A DNA stretch of 54,933 nt. Source: a virus (taxonomy: Duplodnaviria; Caudoviricetes). The notes beneath the pieces were generated by a model that worked only from the letters and a program-made list of their open reading frames with translations, searched no databases and was not told the DNA's origin. This document shows positions 29,269 to 38,121 of this stretch, piece by piece. Each line of letters opens with the position of its first letter. The first letter of the stretch is position 1. The stretch covers positions 1-54,933 of the IMG/VR virus record IMGVR_UViG_3300032314_000362. One strand, given 5' to 3'. A program made the translations under genes and the position numbers.

Positions 29269-30105
29269 TTATAAACCGCAATATCCCGATGGGCAAGTTT
29301 CCTCAAACAACTCCCAGAGTGGCAATTGATTGCCTACGGCCTGTTCAAGCGGACGCATAACGCCGCCCGTCATTGGGTAGAGATAGCGTCTATCTCTACC
29401 CAATGATACCCGCTTGACGTTTATTTCGTTTTCCAACGCCACACAAGCGGCAAACTCCTCTGGCTTTTCGCGCTTCTTGTCTACCCATGCCCCGCGCGTG
29501 TGGAAAGGACACCACCAGCACAAGCTCGACGGCGGCACTGGCAATCCTGAGCCAGTGATGATATTCATGCAATCAAGGCGCGTCAGTTTTAGATCAATCA
29601 GCGGCCACGCAAAACGCTTGCTATAGCGCTTGGTGACTGGTAGATATTCAGTAGACTTTGTTGCCGTGCGTCGAAATTCGTCAATGGAAAAGCCTAACTG
29701 GATCGTGGCGTGGGTGATTCCCTGCGCCTTAATCCACTTGTCCACAACCTTGACCTTAAAATCCTGCGTGCAGGTGCGGTTGCCGGGCGCGCCGTTTTTC
29801 ATAAACGCGGGGATAGGTATACTTCGCTTTGTGCGTCGAATGTGTTCAAGAATTGTTTCGGGCTGCCCGTTATATTCGTGCTGAACCTCCACGATCTCAA
29901 TGCCGTGCGCCGCCGCAAATGGGCGCGCATACGATTCAAGGTACTCCAAAGTTTCAGGTTTTTCACTGTCCTTACCCACGTTGGCAAATACAAAAGCGTC
30001 TGGACGCGGTACTTTGCCCTGTGCAATAAGCACCATAAGCGCCGTAGATTGCACCCCCGCGCCGTAACTGAATATCGTTTGTTCTCTTTTAGTCAACGTC
30101 GTCAT
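29269..30105 (-). CDS. PAPS reductase-family (PP-loop) protein
   Basis: SYGAGVQST PP-loop, FANVG..E, RTCTQDFKV, WPL and SLCWWCPF. Confidence 0.85.
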   Translation of the reverse strand: MTTLTKREQTIFSYGAGVQSTALMVLIAQGKVPRPDAFVFANVGKDSEKPETLEYLESYARPFAAAHGIEIVEVQHEYNGQPETILEHIRRTKRSIPIPAFMKNGAPGNRTCTQDFKVKVVDKWIKAQGITHATIQLGFSIDEFRRTATKSTEYLPVTKRYSKRFAWPLIDLKLTRLDCMNIITGSGLPVPPSSLCWWCPFHTRGAWVDKKREKPEEFAACVALENEINVKRVSLGRDRRYLYPMTGGVMRPLEQAVGNQLPLWELFEETCPSGYCGL

Positions 30106-30505
30106 CTAATGCGCCTTCCCAGAGTTCTTCTTCACCGTCATCATGACGATTAAACAAAACCGCCGCTTGCTCATTTATAACCCGTTGCTGTGGTACAAAC
30201 CCACCTACACCGGCGCTAAATGGCGTCGGCGCAGGTGGGGCGGCTTGCATAGGTATACCACTGACCAGCATAGCCCTGATTTCGTGCTGCAAGATCGGCA
30301 ACACTTCGCGGCGAATCGCTTTCACGATATTTGCCACTAGCGTGCCGCCCCCGCTTCCAGCGGGGGCAGGGACGCCGTGCGCGTCCGCGTAATTGGCGGC
30401 AAGCCATCGGAACACGGCGGCATCTGTCGCCCCGTCGCGCTTCCAGCTATCCCACAGAGCAGATTCTTCCTCCGTCAAACGAATGCTGACCACCCTTTGT
30501 TTCAT
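30089..30505 (-). CDS. Putative ParR-like ribbon-helix-helix adaptor
   Basis: N-terminal beta strand plus helices (RVVSIRLTEEE...); directly downstream of the actin-like gene. Confidence 0.55.
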   Translation of the reverse strand: MKQRVVSIRLTEEESALWDSWKRDGATDAAVFRWLAANYADAHGVPAPAGSGGGTLVANIVKAIRREVLPILQHEIRAMLVSGIPMQAAPPAPTPFSAGVGGFVPQQRVINEQAAVLFNRHDDGEEELWEGALDDDVD

Positions 30506-30507
30506 AG

Positions 30508-31638
30508 CTACCCCCCTACTTGCTGCCCGCCATAGACAGCCGCTAACAATCGTGCTACGCCCCGTGCGTTGACAAACTGAATAGTGCTTTGATCCGCAGT
30601 GTCGGACATTGCTAACCTCACGTCAAAGTCTGGAAGCCGGCGCGCAATTTCTTTGAAGATGAAATGTGAGCCGCCACCCGTTAAAAATATTTGCCCGTAG
30701 TCTAGCGGGCTGTACCCGCGTAGATTTTCGTAAATCGCTGCCGCCATTGCCATCTTGCGACGGTTGGTTATAGCAGACACATCAATGGCGGTTGTACCGT
30801 AGACGATCTGCCCCGTGCGTAGAATCTCATCCAGTTTGTACTGGTCGGGGTCTTGAACCATGTCCTTGAGCTTTGACCAATGGGCTTCACGTAGTTCTTG
30901 CCACAGCCCCGCCTGATAGGTCAACACGCCCTCACGCAAGGATTGCACCTGCGATAGCTGCGGGGAGTAAATACGCCCCGTTAAACCGCCACTACTGTGA
31001 ACGGGAACCACATCTATGGTGTGGCCTCCGTTATCAAGAATCAAAAGAGACTCCCGCAACCCAGCATCTTTACGCGGTTGGCCTAACTCATCCCAAAGCA
31101 GATAAGATAGTGTGCCGAAAGGTTCATCAAACAGCGAAATATCGTTCCGCACAAAGTTGAAGTAGCTAACCCCTCGACGGGTCACACAAGAACGCACAAG
31201 CGATTCATTTTTGGCATCGGGGCGATCTGCCAACAAGAACGACTTCATTTGTTTTGACGCCTTGTAGTCACCAGAGCTATAGGTAAGCCCTAAGATAAGT
31301 TGAATAGGTTTGCTTTCGCTCCCGTTCTCGGTAGACATGGCTAACGAGTACATCAACAACGGCAAATAAAAATCGGGGGAGGTGAGGCGGCTTGTTTCCA
31401 TCTTGTAATCGCCACCATACTGCTTGGCGCGTTCGCCAACTACGTAGTAGCGCTTGCCGATCTGAATGAACCCATCTGGCGGCAAACCGCCGTTGCTATC
31501 ACGCTCCCATACTTCGCGGTTAATCACCGCGACAATGCTGGGCATCCCGAATTGTTTCAACCCACGAGCGCCATTAGGTGTCGGGCAGTAGACTTTCACG
31601 TTTGCGCGCCCAATGTCTAAAGCAAATTTTGCCATCAT
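30508..31638 (-). CDS. parM: ParM/StbA-family actin-like ATPase
   Basis: Phosphate 1 ALDIGRANVK, connect 1 FDEP, phosphate 2 ILDNGGHTID, and adenosine motif FLTGGGS. Confidence 0.85.
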   Translation of the reverse strand: MMAKFALDIGRANVKVYCPTPNGARGLKQFGMPSIVAVINREVWERDSNGGLPPDGFIQIGKRYYVVGERAKQYGGDYKMETSRLTSPDFYLPLLMYSLAMSTENGSESKPIQLILGLTYSSGDYKASKQMKSFLLADRPDAKNESLVRSCVTRRGVSYFNFVRNDISLFDEPFGTLSYLLWDELGQPRKDAGLRESLLILDNGGHTIDVVPVHSSGGLTGRIYSPQLSQVQSLREGVLTYQAGLWQELREAHWSKLKDMVQDPDQYKLDEILRTGQIVYGTTAIDVSAITNRRKMAMAAAIYENLRGYSPLDYGQIFLTGGGSHFIFKEIARRLPDFDVRLAMSDTADQSTIQFVNARGVARLLAAVYGGQQVGG

Positions 31639-31649
31639 GCACCTCTTTC

Positions 31650-31691
31650 TGTATACAACGAGTAAACTTTTGCATACATCCAGTATACATC
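31650..31691. repeat. Four phased 10-bp degenerate repeats, candidate parC centromere/operator
   Basis: TGTATACAAC (31650), AGTAAACTTT (31661), TGCATACATC (31671) and AGTATACATC (31682), spaced 11/10/11 and overlapping a TATACT -10 box of parM. Confidence 0.5.
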
Positions 31692-31773
31692 AAAACGCAA
31701 GCGTAGCAAAGTGTCACTTTAACAATCCTCTGTTATCTTAGGCATCTTCACCTGCATACCCGATCTCTGTTTG

Positions 31774-31803
31774 AAAAATACCCCGCCCAAGAGAGAGCGG
31801 GGT
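31774..31803 (-). terminator. Rho-independent terminator insulating parMR
   Basis: On the - strand: ACCCCGCUC-loop-GGGCGGGGU-AUUUUU. Confidence 0.7.
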
Positions 31804-31935
31804 TTTCCGTTACACTCGGTTTCAATTTCAACTTTTACTATAACTCTAGGGTGAGGGCGGCGACCCCTCAATTTCCTGCCAGTCTTTATTATACGCTAAA
31901 TTTCCTCATCTGTTGGTTTATCAAACGCAAGCCAT

Positions 31936-32403
31936 TCACTGAGAATCCCCTTTGTCGGCTTCTTTTTCAACCATCGGCAAACGTTGAAAACGGTAAACGA
32001 TAACGGTCTCATTGCCGTCCCATGCGCCATTGATCTGCGTCCACACTTGGCGGTAGTCATCCAGTGTGTAGCCGCCTTCGGCCTGTGCGTCGGTTTCGGC
32101 CATCGCCCGCAAGCGTTGAAGCTGGATAGCGAGAAGGCGAATCGCGCCTTTGCCGACCATGCCACGCCCCGGCTGTAAGGTGTACTCATGCCCAACAGTG
32201 TAGATTGCCCGCCCCGACTTAGAGCAAACCGACACAATCTCAACTTGCTCAGGCGGGGTGAGTAGAATGAGTTGCGGGGAGACTGGGGCGGGCTTCTCTC
32301 CCCACAACTTAGCAAGAAACGTTGCGCCTTCCTTCAGCCGTCGGCGGGTTTCGACCTTTATCCCGTCCTGTATCATCTGAATGTGATCTGGCGTGAAGAT
32401 CAT
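31936..32403 (-). CDS. ASCH domain protein
   Basis: IQDGIKVETRR (GxKxxTRR), DAQAEG, and WTQINGAWDGNETVIVYRF. Confidence 0.8.
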   Translation of the reverse strand: MIFTPDHIQMIQDGIKVETRRRLKEGATFLAKLWGEKPAPVSPQLILLTPPEQVEIVSVCSKSGRAIYTVGHEYTLQPGRGMVGKGAIRLLAIQLQRLRAMAETDAQAEGGYTLDDYRQVWTQINGAWDGNETVIVYRFQRLPMVEKEADKGDSQ

Positions 32404-32409
32404 GTTGCG

Positions 32410-32853
32410 TTAGCCCTTCTGATAGACTTTTAAGTCTCGTAGATGTTGCACGCCAAAGCGCGCCGTCATGACACTAGCCCAACCCAAGATCATCGTAGCG
32501 GCTTGCGTTGTGACCGTTACAACCTGCGCGCCCTTGCGATACACTTGAGTCCCGACGGGGTGCTTGTGATTGAACCGCCGTACTAGTTCCCAATCCTCTT
32601 GTATCATTCCTTGATGGGTGATCCCGTAGGTTCCCCATTCAGGATTAATACCGAACTGCGCGGGGTCGTGCAGCGCGGCTAGGTCGTTGACATACATCAC
32701 CGAATTGCTTGGTGATGCAGCGTATTGGGTAACGCATTGACCGTCGGGCTTGTAGCCCGTCACGCGCATGAGCATCTTCGGCTCTTTCGCGTCAAGGTCA
32801 TGAATCACAATGTCACCGATCTTCCAGCGAGTTTTGTTGGCTTGGTAGTTCAT
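32410..32853 (-). CDS. Hypothetical protein
   Basis: Likely start is ATG 32853 (MNYQANK), ATGA-coupled to the upstream mini-ORF. Confidence 0.6.
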   Translation of the reverse strand: MNYQANKTRWKIGDIVIHDLDAKEPKMLMRVTGYKPDGQCVTQYAASPSNSVMYVNDLAALHDPAQFGINPEWGTYGITHQGMIQEDWELVRRFNHKHPVGTQVYRKGAQVVTVTTQAATMILGWASVMTARFGVQHLRDLKVYQKG

Positions 32854-33020
32854 GAGTTCCGTCCTTCTTCTACGGCTACAATCCGTTCGGCTATCCACCT
32901 TGCTACTGGCACAGCGCGGGCGTACTTGTCGCATTCGACCTGCCACGCGGTTGGAACACCGACGAGATCAAAGGCATGGTCAAAGCCCCCGATCCCGCTG
33001 AATAGCGATCCGTGAATCAT
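32850..33020 (-). pseudogene. Internally deleted C5-cytosine methyltransferase remnant (56 aa)
   Basis: MIHGSLFSGIGGFDHAFDLVGVPTAWQVECDKYARA|VPVARWIAERIVAVEEGRNS. Motifs I-II are joined directly to the motif X tail; no PCQ or ENV motif is present. Confidence 0.75.
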
Positions 33021-33367
33021 GATTGATCGCTCCCCGTGACCGTTCCGAGCCGCGCCACGTAGTCCGCGAACGTTTCGTCAGGTCTCCGCGCCGAGTCGTA
33101 AAAGTCCGTGCTGACCTTTAGGGCGGGTTGGTCGGCGGGCTTCGGCGCGACGGCCTCTGGTGGCGCAGGCGTGTACTTCACGCCGCCGTAGTACAGATTA
33201 TCGGTAGGGGTTTCTAGGTCGTCGCCCGATACGGTGTACAGGGTGTCACGGTTTTCTTTTGAGTTTTCGAGCGCCAGTACGTGCGCGTCGGTGAAGGTTA
33301 GCCCATCCTCATAGGTTTCCCACGAGTAACAAAACTTTGCCAGTACGGAATAGACTCTATCTGACAT
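33017..33367 (-). CDS. Hypothetical protein
   Basis: AAGGGAG SD before ATG 33367. Confidence 0.6.
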   Translation of the reverse strand: MSDRVYSVLAKFCYSWETYEDGLTFTDAHVLALENSKENRDTLYTVSGDDLETPTDNLYYGGVKYTPAPPEAVAPKPADQPALKVSTDFYDSARRPDETFADYVARLGTVTGSDQS

Positions 33368-33506
33368 GCGATGCTCCCTTTTAAGGTATAAGCCGATCAA
33401 GAAGAAACGGTTGGTTGTGGTTGGGAAAGCGCCAAGCGCCCCGAATTATGGGGCGTTTGGCTTTTTACAGAACGGTGAGCGTCACCAATAGTAACGCCCA
33501 CTACGG

Positions 33507-33851
33507 TCACTTATTCGCAACTGTCAGTTCCATCGCAGGCGTGCTAGTCATCAGCCGCGCAGGGTCAATGCCAAGAGCAGCGCACACTTCTTCACCGTTG
33601 GAAACAGCAACCTCGCTTACGACTGCGCTTTCACCATAAATCCCCCCCATCAGGGACACTTCCCATTGACCGCGATTGTACTCAACCCGAACGATCTGGG
33701 TTAAGGCAACTGCAAACGGGGGCTTAAACGTGTAGTAGCTTTCGGGCGATGGTTCCAACACCACGAACGCAGACGCGGGTTTCACTTCTAGGGCGGTGGT
33801 AATCCGTGCAAGCCGCACGGCAATTTTATTGAGGATGTCTGCTTCAGCCAT
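33507..33851 (-). CDS. Hypothetical protein
   Basis: AAAGGGG SD; followed by a hairpin at about 33426-33466. Confidence 0.6.
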   Translation of the reverse strand: MAEADILNKIAVRLARITTALEVKPASAFVVLEPSPESYYTFKPPFAVALTQIVRVEYNRGQWEVSLMGGIYGESAVVSEVAVSNGEEVCAALGIDPARLMTSTPAMELTVANK

Positions 33852-33874
33852 GATATTCCCCTTTCAAGGGTGAG

Positions 33875-35125
33875 TTATAAACGGATAGGACTAACAATGT
33901 TCCATTCGGGTTCATCGGAACCCGTCAAGCGGCGGGTGATGTGCAGGCGAATCGGGTTCTTCAACTGGTATTCGCCGTAGAGTTCGTCCCCAGTGCGCCA
34001 ACCGCCAACGAGATCGGCGCTACCGATACCCAAAGCGCCAACCGTCCCGGCGCTTGCAACGATTTCATGCTCGTCAACTAAGATGACAACTTGCGGGTTT
34101 TTCAGTTCATCTAGCACCAACTTGAAATTTTCAACCTGCACCGAGAGATTGTCTGCTGGGTTCGTGCCAATTTTGCGTTCGTCGGGGATTTTATGCCCAA
34201 CGACGTAAAAGGTATCCGTTGCGGTGTCAAGCAAAACGCGAACAGGAAGGCAGTAGGGAAGGTCGTACCAAGCATCTGTCTTTGTTCCCACATGCGCCGC
34301 AAGAACGCCGAATGCCTTGAGGTTACTGGCAGTGGCGAATTGTTCTGCGTTCTCAGGATTTTGGATTCGGTAAACCCCCTGCCCAGCGTAGATTGCCGCT
34401 ATTTCCCAAAAGATCGGTTCGGCTGCGGGCAACGGCGTTTCATTCGGCAACGGGGGAGGGGGCAATAGGTTTTGCGGGGAATCAGGCATCATCGCCGTCG
34501 GAATGTAGTCCCCTTCGTCAGTTACAATGCCATCTGCCTGTAGTTCCTCTGGCGTATACATCCCCTGAATAATATCGGGGAACACTAGCCTAAAGGCCGC
34601 GCTGATGCAACGCCAACGTAGCATCACGGCAAACTGTTTCTTCCAGTTGGCTTTATCATCCAAGCCCATAGCGACGGCGTGGGCGCGGGTGAAGGTTTCG
34701 ACGTGTACAGGCTGCCCCTTGCGCTTGACGGTCACAACGCATTGCTGTTCGTTGCCCTCAATCTTGATAGATTCAAGCAAACCCGATGCGTAGACTAGGG
34801 CTAACATGCCCTGCGGGGCGATTGTCGGTTTCCCGTCAATCAGGTGAACCAAATCCATTGAAGCCATTGGCTCAAACCCGACCTCGTAGCCTTTGACCAT
34901 AATGCTCCAAACATCTTGCACGGTTAGCGGTTTGCGGTTCTGACCAAACCCCCGCATACTCAATTGGCTCTCTGCATACATGCGGGCAGCCACCATCAGC
35001 CGTTCGGCTTCTAAGGCCGTCATCGTCATGAACGAACGGTCACGCTTGACCTGCGCTAGATCAATCCTGCTGGCTTTTACTGCATTATCTGGGTTATACG
35101 GGGTTAGTGCGTTACTATCAGTCAT
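33875..35125 (-). CDS. RecT/Red-beta-like single-strand annealing protein with a C-terminal extension
   Basis: GYEVGFEPM..VHLIDGKP, NWKKQFAVMLRWRC and FPDIIQGMYTPEE. Confidence 0.75.
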   Translation of the reverse strand: MTDSNALTPYNPDNAVKASRIDLAQVKRDRSFMTMTALEAERLMVAARMYAESQLSMRGFGQNRKPLTVQDVWSIMVKGYEVGFEPMASMDLVHLIDGKPTIAPQGMLALVYASGLLESIKIEGNEQQCVVTVKRKGQPVHVETFTRAHAVAMGLDDKANWKKQFAVMLRWRCISAAFRLVFPDIIQGMYTPEELQADGIVTDEGDYIPTAMMPDSPQNLLPPPPLPNETPLPAAEPIFWEIAAIYAGQGVYRIQNPENAEQFATASNLKAFGVLAAHVGTKTDAWYDLPYCLPVRVLLDTATDTFYVVGHKIPDERKIGTNPADNLSVQVENFKLVLDELKNPQVVILVDEHEIVASAGTVGALGIGSADLVGGWRTGDELYGEYQLKNPIRLHITRRLTGSDEPEWNIVSPIRL

Positions 35126-35161
35126 TGTACTTCCTACCTTTCCTCTACTGTTTACAGCATC

Positions 35162-35190
35162 ATTATACCTGCGATTTTATATATTGTCAA
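35162..35190 (-). promoter_or_regulatory. Consensus sigma70 promoter
   Basis: TTGACA-17 nt-TATAAT. Confidence 0.85.
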
Positions 35191-35215
35191 ACCGTGACGC
35201 AAAACGTGTTTCGCA

Positions 35216-35368
35216 TCACTCAATCTCGGCGGAATCGGTTTCGTCAAACCCCTTTTCCTTGACGGGTTCTAACTTCGGACGGGTGTAGTTCTGGTAGGGC
35301 AAAAGCGTGGGGGCAGGCTTCGCCCACATCCAGCTATAGCGGCTGATAAATTCCTCTACCGTTATCAT
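35216..35368 (-). CDS. Small hypothetical protein (50 aa)
   Basis: MITVEEFISRYSWMWAK...; AAGGA SD and ATGA overlap with the upstream ORF. Confidence 0.5.
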   Translation of the reverse strand: MITVEEFISRYSWMWAKPAPTLLPYQNYTRPKLEPVKEKGFDETDSAEIE

Positions 35369-35622
35369 GGCGTAGTGTCCTTATCTGGCATAAGCGCCCT
35401 TAATTCAACGAACTGTTTATCGTGCCTTTTGCTTATGACACAAAGCACTTGCGGCGGATTCTCGTAGGTCGCCAAAGCACTCTTGACCGCTTCGGTCATT
35501 GCAGGGTCGCTTGACCATGCGGCTTGACCGCCCTCAAGCGAGATAACCGCCCGGTGGGGGTTCTCGCTTAACACTGTGACCCACGTTGCTACGCCTGCTA
35601 CGCAATCATCGTTGCTCAACAC
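35365..35622 (-). CDS. Hypothetical protein
   Basis: AAGAGG SD, directly after the Dam gene. Confidence 0.55.
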   Translation of the reverse strand: MLSNDDCVAGVATWVTVLSENPHRAVISLEGGQAAWSSDPAMTEAVKSALATYENPPQVLCVISKRHDKQFVELRALMPDKDTTP

Positions 35623-35634
35623 GGTTAACCTCTT

Positions 35635-36456
35635 TTATTCAAACCCCGGCAAACGAAGCGTTTTCACCTGCCGCGACATTGCGGCGGGATTGACCCAAAC
35701 TGTTTCAACCGAAACAGAGTTCCCGTTGGTTGTGGCCGTTTTCGACTCGCAACCCCAACCCTGATAGAGTTCGGCGTACAGCGGGTTATCGTAGCCGCTG
35801 AGGATCACCGACGCTTTGGTAGCGTGTAGCATTTCGGCCAATTGAACGTGATCCGAATCGTTCATCTCGTTAAGGTAGCGCGCCTGCAGGTTAGTGCGAG
35901 TGCTGTGCAAGTAGGGCGGGTCAACGTATAAAACGCTATCGGCGGTGTTGTGATATTCAATCACCTCTCGGTAGTCACGGTTGTAGACCTGCACGCACTT
36001 CAACCGCTTGGCAACAAACCAAAGATGTTCCGTGCGCGCAAATTCATCACGCTGAATTAAGTAGCTTCTGTTCGGCTTGCGCTCTTGCCGCCACCCTGAT
36101 TTAATCCTGAATGGGGTGAAGCTCATCCAAGACTGCACGTAAAAGCGGCGGGCGCGCTCTAACGGGTCATCCGCCGGCGCAAACGATTCACGCCACTCCT
36201 GTTCACTGTAGGGCGTGAGATCAATTTGACGGATTAGACTTTCAGTGTCAGTCCTTAGCACCTGCCAAAAGTTGACTAGCTCCCCGTCTAAGTCGTTGTA
36301 GCTTTCTATGTCAGAAAGCGGCTTTTGCAGCAAGACGCTCGCGCTTCCCCCGAATGGCTCGCAGTAGTCTATGTGGGGCGGGAAGAAGCCCGCGATCCAC
36401 CGAGCGAGTCTCCATTTGCTCCCTAAGTAGCGCAAGGCAGGTCGTAAACCGTCCAC
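35635..36456 (-). CDS. DNA adenine methyltransferase (Dam/D12 class, alpha)
   Basis: RYLGSKW, YCEPFGGS, YNDLD and LYVDPPY. Confidence 0.92.
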   Translation of the reverse strand: MDGLRPALRYLGSKWRLARWIAGFFPPHIDYCEPFGGSASVLLQKPLSDIESYNDLDGELVNFWQVLRTDTESLIRQIDLTPYSEQEWRESFAPADDPLERARRFYVQSWMSFTPFRIKSGWRQERKPNRSYLIQRDEFARTEHLWFVAKRLKCVQVYNRDYREVIEYHNTADSVLYVDPPYLHSTRTNLQARYLNEMNDSDHVQLAEMLHATKASVILSGYDNPLYAELYQGWGCESKTATTNGNSVSVETVWVNPAAMSRQVKTLRLPGFE

Positions 36457-37028
36457 TACGAACGGCCTATCGCTATGGCGCTGAAAACTTGACGGTTGCA
36501 GTTCATGGTTTCCTCAACGATTTCGCCCCCGATAGTACGGTAACTTACGGCGTATTTGTACCCGTCATCTGGCACAATCTTGATCGCCAATACCGGCGCA
36601 TAGAACAGCGGGCTACCGATCCCGATGTACCAACGACTGTTACCCATATCGTTGGTGATGCCGATTTGCAGGGCAGTCCGTAACGTGACTTTGGGCGTCT
36701 TGCGTTCGTGCATCTGCAAGTAGGCTTTCATATCCGACTCTTTGAGCCAGCTATGTCCATACAAGCCCACACTTACATCAGAGATCGGTACAGAACTGAC
36801 AATGTTCCAGCTTGCGCTGCCAGAACGCTTGATGTGGTAGCGCTTCATGCCTTTTGGCACGCTGGTCGGGTCGCGCTGTGCTTGGCGGCGAATCACCGTG
36901 ACCGAATCTATGCTAAGATATTGAGCGGCGCTTTCGCCATTGTGATACGTTTCGCCGCCAATTTTCACCACGCGCCCCTTGACGGCGGCGTTTGTCGGCT
37001 TTGGTGCTTGCTTAGGATTATTGCTCAT
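36456..37028 (-). CDS. Hypothetical protein with a possible HTH
   Basis: GGAG SD; SAAQYLSIDSVTVIRR resembles excisionase/HTH_17 helices. Confidence 0.55.
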   Translation of the reverse strand: MSNNPKQAPKPTNAAVKGRVVKIGGETYHNGESAAQYLSIDSVTVIRRQAQRDPTSVPKGMKRYHIKRSGSASWNIVSSVPISDVSVGLYGHSWLKESDMKAYLQMHERKTPKVTLRTALQIGITNDMGNSRWYIGIGSPLFYAPVLAIKIVPDDGYKYAVSYRTIGGEIVEETMNCNRQVFSAIAIGRS

Positions 37029-37629
37029 GGCGCTTTATCTCCAACTAAACGATAAAATGTACAGCCTCACCCCGTCGGGCGTCTTTAGCAAAACTTATGC
37101 GGGAAACTGGGTTCCTACGCCGCCCCATACCGCTAGGTGGGTGAGTGGGCTACTACTGCGAGACTGGAAACCTACCCGCTCCGGCTACAAGCTATACGGG
37201 GCGTCCCTCTATGAATACCTGCCCGAAGTAATTGGCTACATCGGGCAAAAGCGGGTCATCAAGCGCAACATCGCTATGACCCCTATCAAAATCGTCAACG
37301 CTTCCGGCCTGCCCGTTAGGGTGACGCTTATCCGTTTTGGAGCCGACCTGCGTTGCGTTATCCACGAATGGACGGATTCCGACTCTCAGATGTTGACCGA
37401 GTATCAGGCTGCCCCGCTGGTGCATATGACGCCGCGTGCGCTGAAAGACCACATTACTCAAGGAAAAATCCGCGCACGTAGGGTCAAGGGACATTACCTG
37501 ATTAATCGCGCCGACCTTTTAGGTGTGCGGGGGCGAAAATACCGCCCCGACGAAGTTGCCCATGCCCCAAACCCGCTGGGACGCCGTTGGCGCTCTCGTG
37601 CCAATAGGCGCGTATCGTCACCGCCATAG
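37027..37629 (+). CDS. DNA-binding protein with a C-terminal excisionase-like (HTH_17) domain
   Basis: MLTEYQAAPLVHMTPRALKDHITQGKIRARRVKGHYLINRADL; AGGA SD before ATG 37027. Confidence 0.65.
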   Translation: MALYLQLNDKMYSLTPSGVFSKTYAGNWVPTPPHTARWVSGLLLRDWKPTRSGYKLYGASLYEYLPEVIGYIGQKRVIKRNIAMTPIKIVNASGLPVRVTLIRFGADLRCVIHEWTDSDSQMLTEYQAAPLVHMTPRALKDHITQGKIRARRVKGHYLINRADLLGVRGRKYRPDEVAHAPNPLGRRWRSRANRRVSSPP

Positions 37630-37942
37630 CCGCTGTAATGCGCCCCTCAATCACCTTGAACCAAGCACACTCAGGGTCATCGGTGTTGATCTCGCAAACA
37701 TAGCGCCCCTTGTGTTCCCCTAACGGATGGGCTTCAATGGTGATCTTGCTTGGAATCTCAGCGTCTTTATCTGGATAATCCAAGTGAGCCAGCAACCGAG
37801 TACCGCCGTCTTTTGCGCCCAACGCCAAAATCAGCGTAAGATTATCGGTAGTGCGATAGCGGTTTGCGAGTGCTTGTAACCACACCAACACCGATAGGTG
37901 ATGCGGTTTCATATCTACATCGGCTACCCAATCTGAAACCAT
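37502..37942 (-). CDS. Hypothetical protein
   Basis: AAGGA SD, with its own promoter just upstream. Confidence 0.55.
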   Translation of the reverse strand: MVSDWVADVDMKPHHLSVLVWLQALANRYRTTDNLTLILALGAKDGGTRLLAHLDYPDKDAEIPSKITIEAHPLGEHKGRYVCEINTDDPECAWFKVIEGRITAAMAVTIRAYWHESANGVPAGLGHGQLRRGGIFAPAHLKGRRD

Positions 37943-37974
37943 TGTTAAAGTTCCTTTTGTCAGTTAACGGGCTT

Positions 37975-38003
37975 ATTATGCCACTGGTTTTCCAGATTGT
38001 CAA
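37975..38003 (-). promoter_or_regulatory. Sigma70-type promoter
   Basis: TTGACA-17 nt-CATAAT. Confidence 0.7.
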
Positions 38004-38036
38004 ATAGAAGCTATGGACATTGCCCCACATGAACGC

Positions 38037-38060
38037 AAAAACCGCCTTTCGGCGGTCTTT
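38037..38060 (-). terminator. Rho-independent terminator after dnaB
   Basis: GACCGCC-GAAA-GGCGGUUUUU on the - strand. Confidence 0.8.
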
Positions 38061-38121
38061 GTTGGAATCAATCCACACACAACAAATGCACTTCTTCAAC
38101 GCATTCAGGATACCCGATCCA

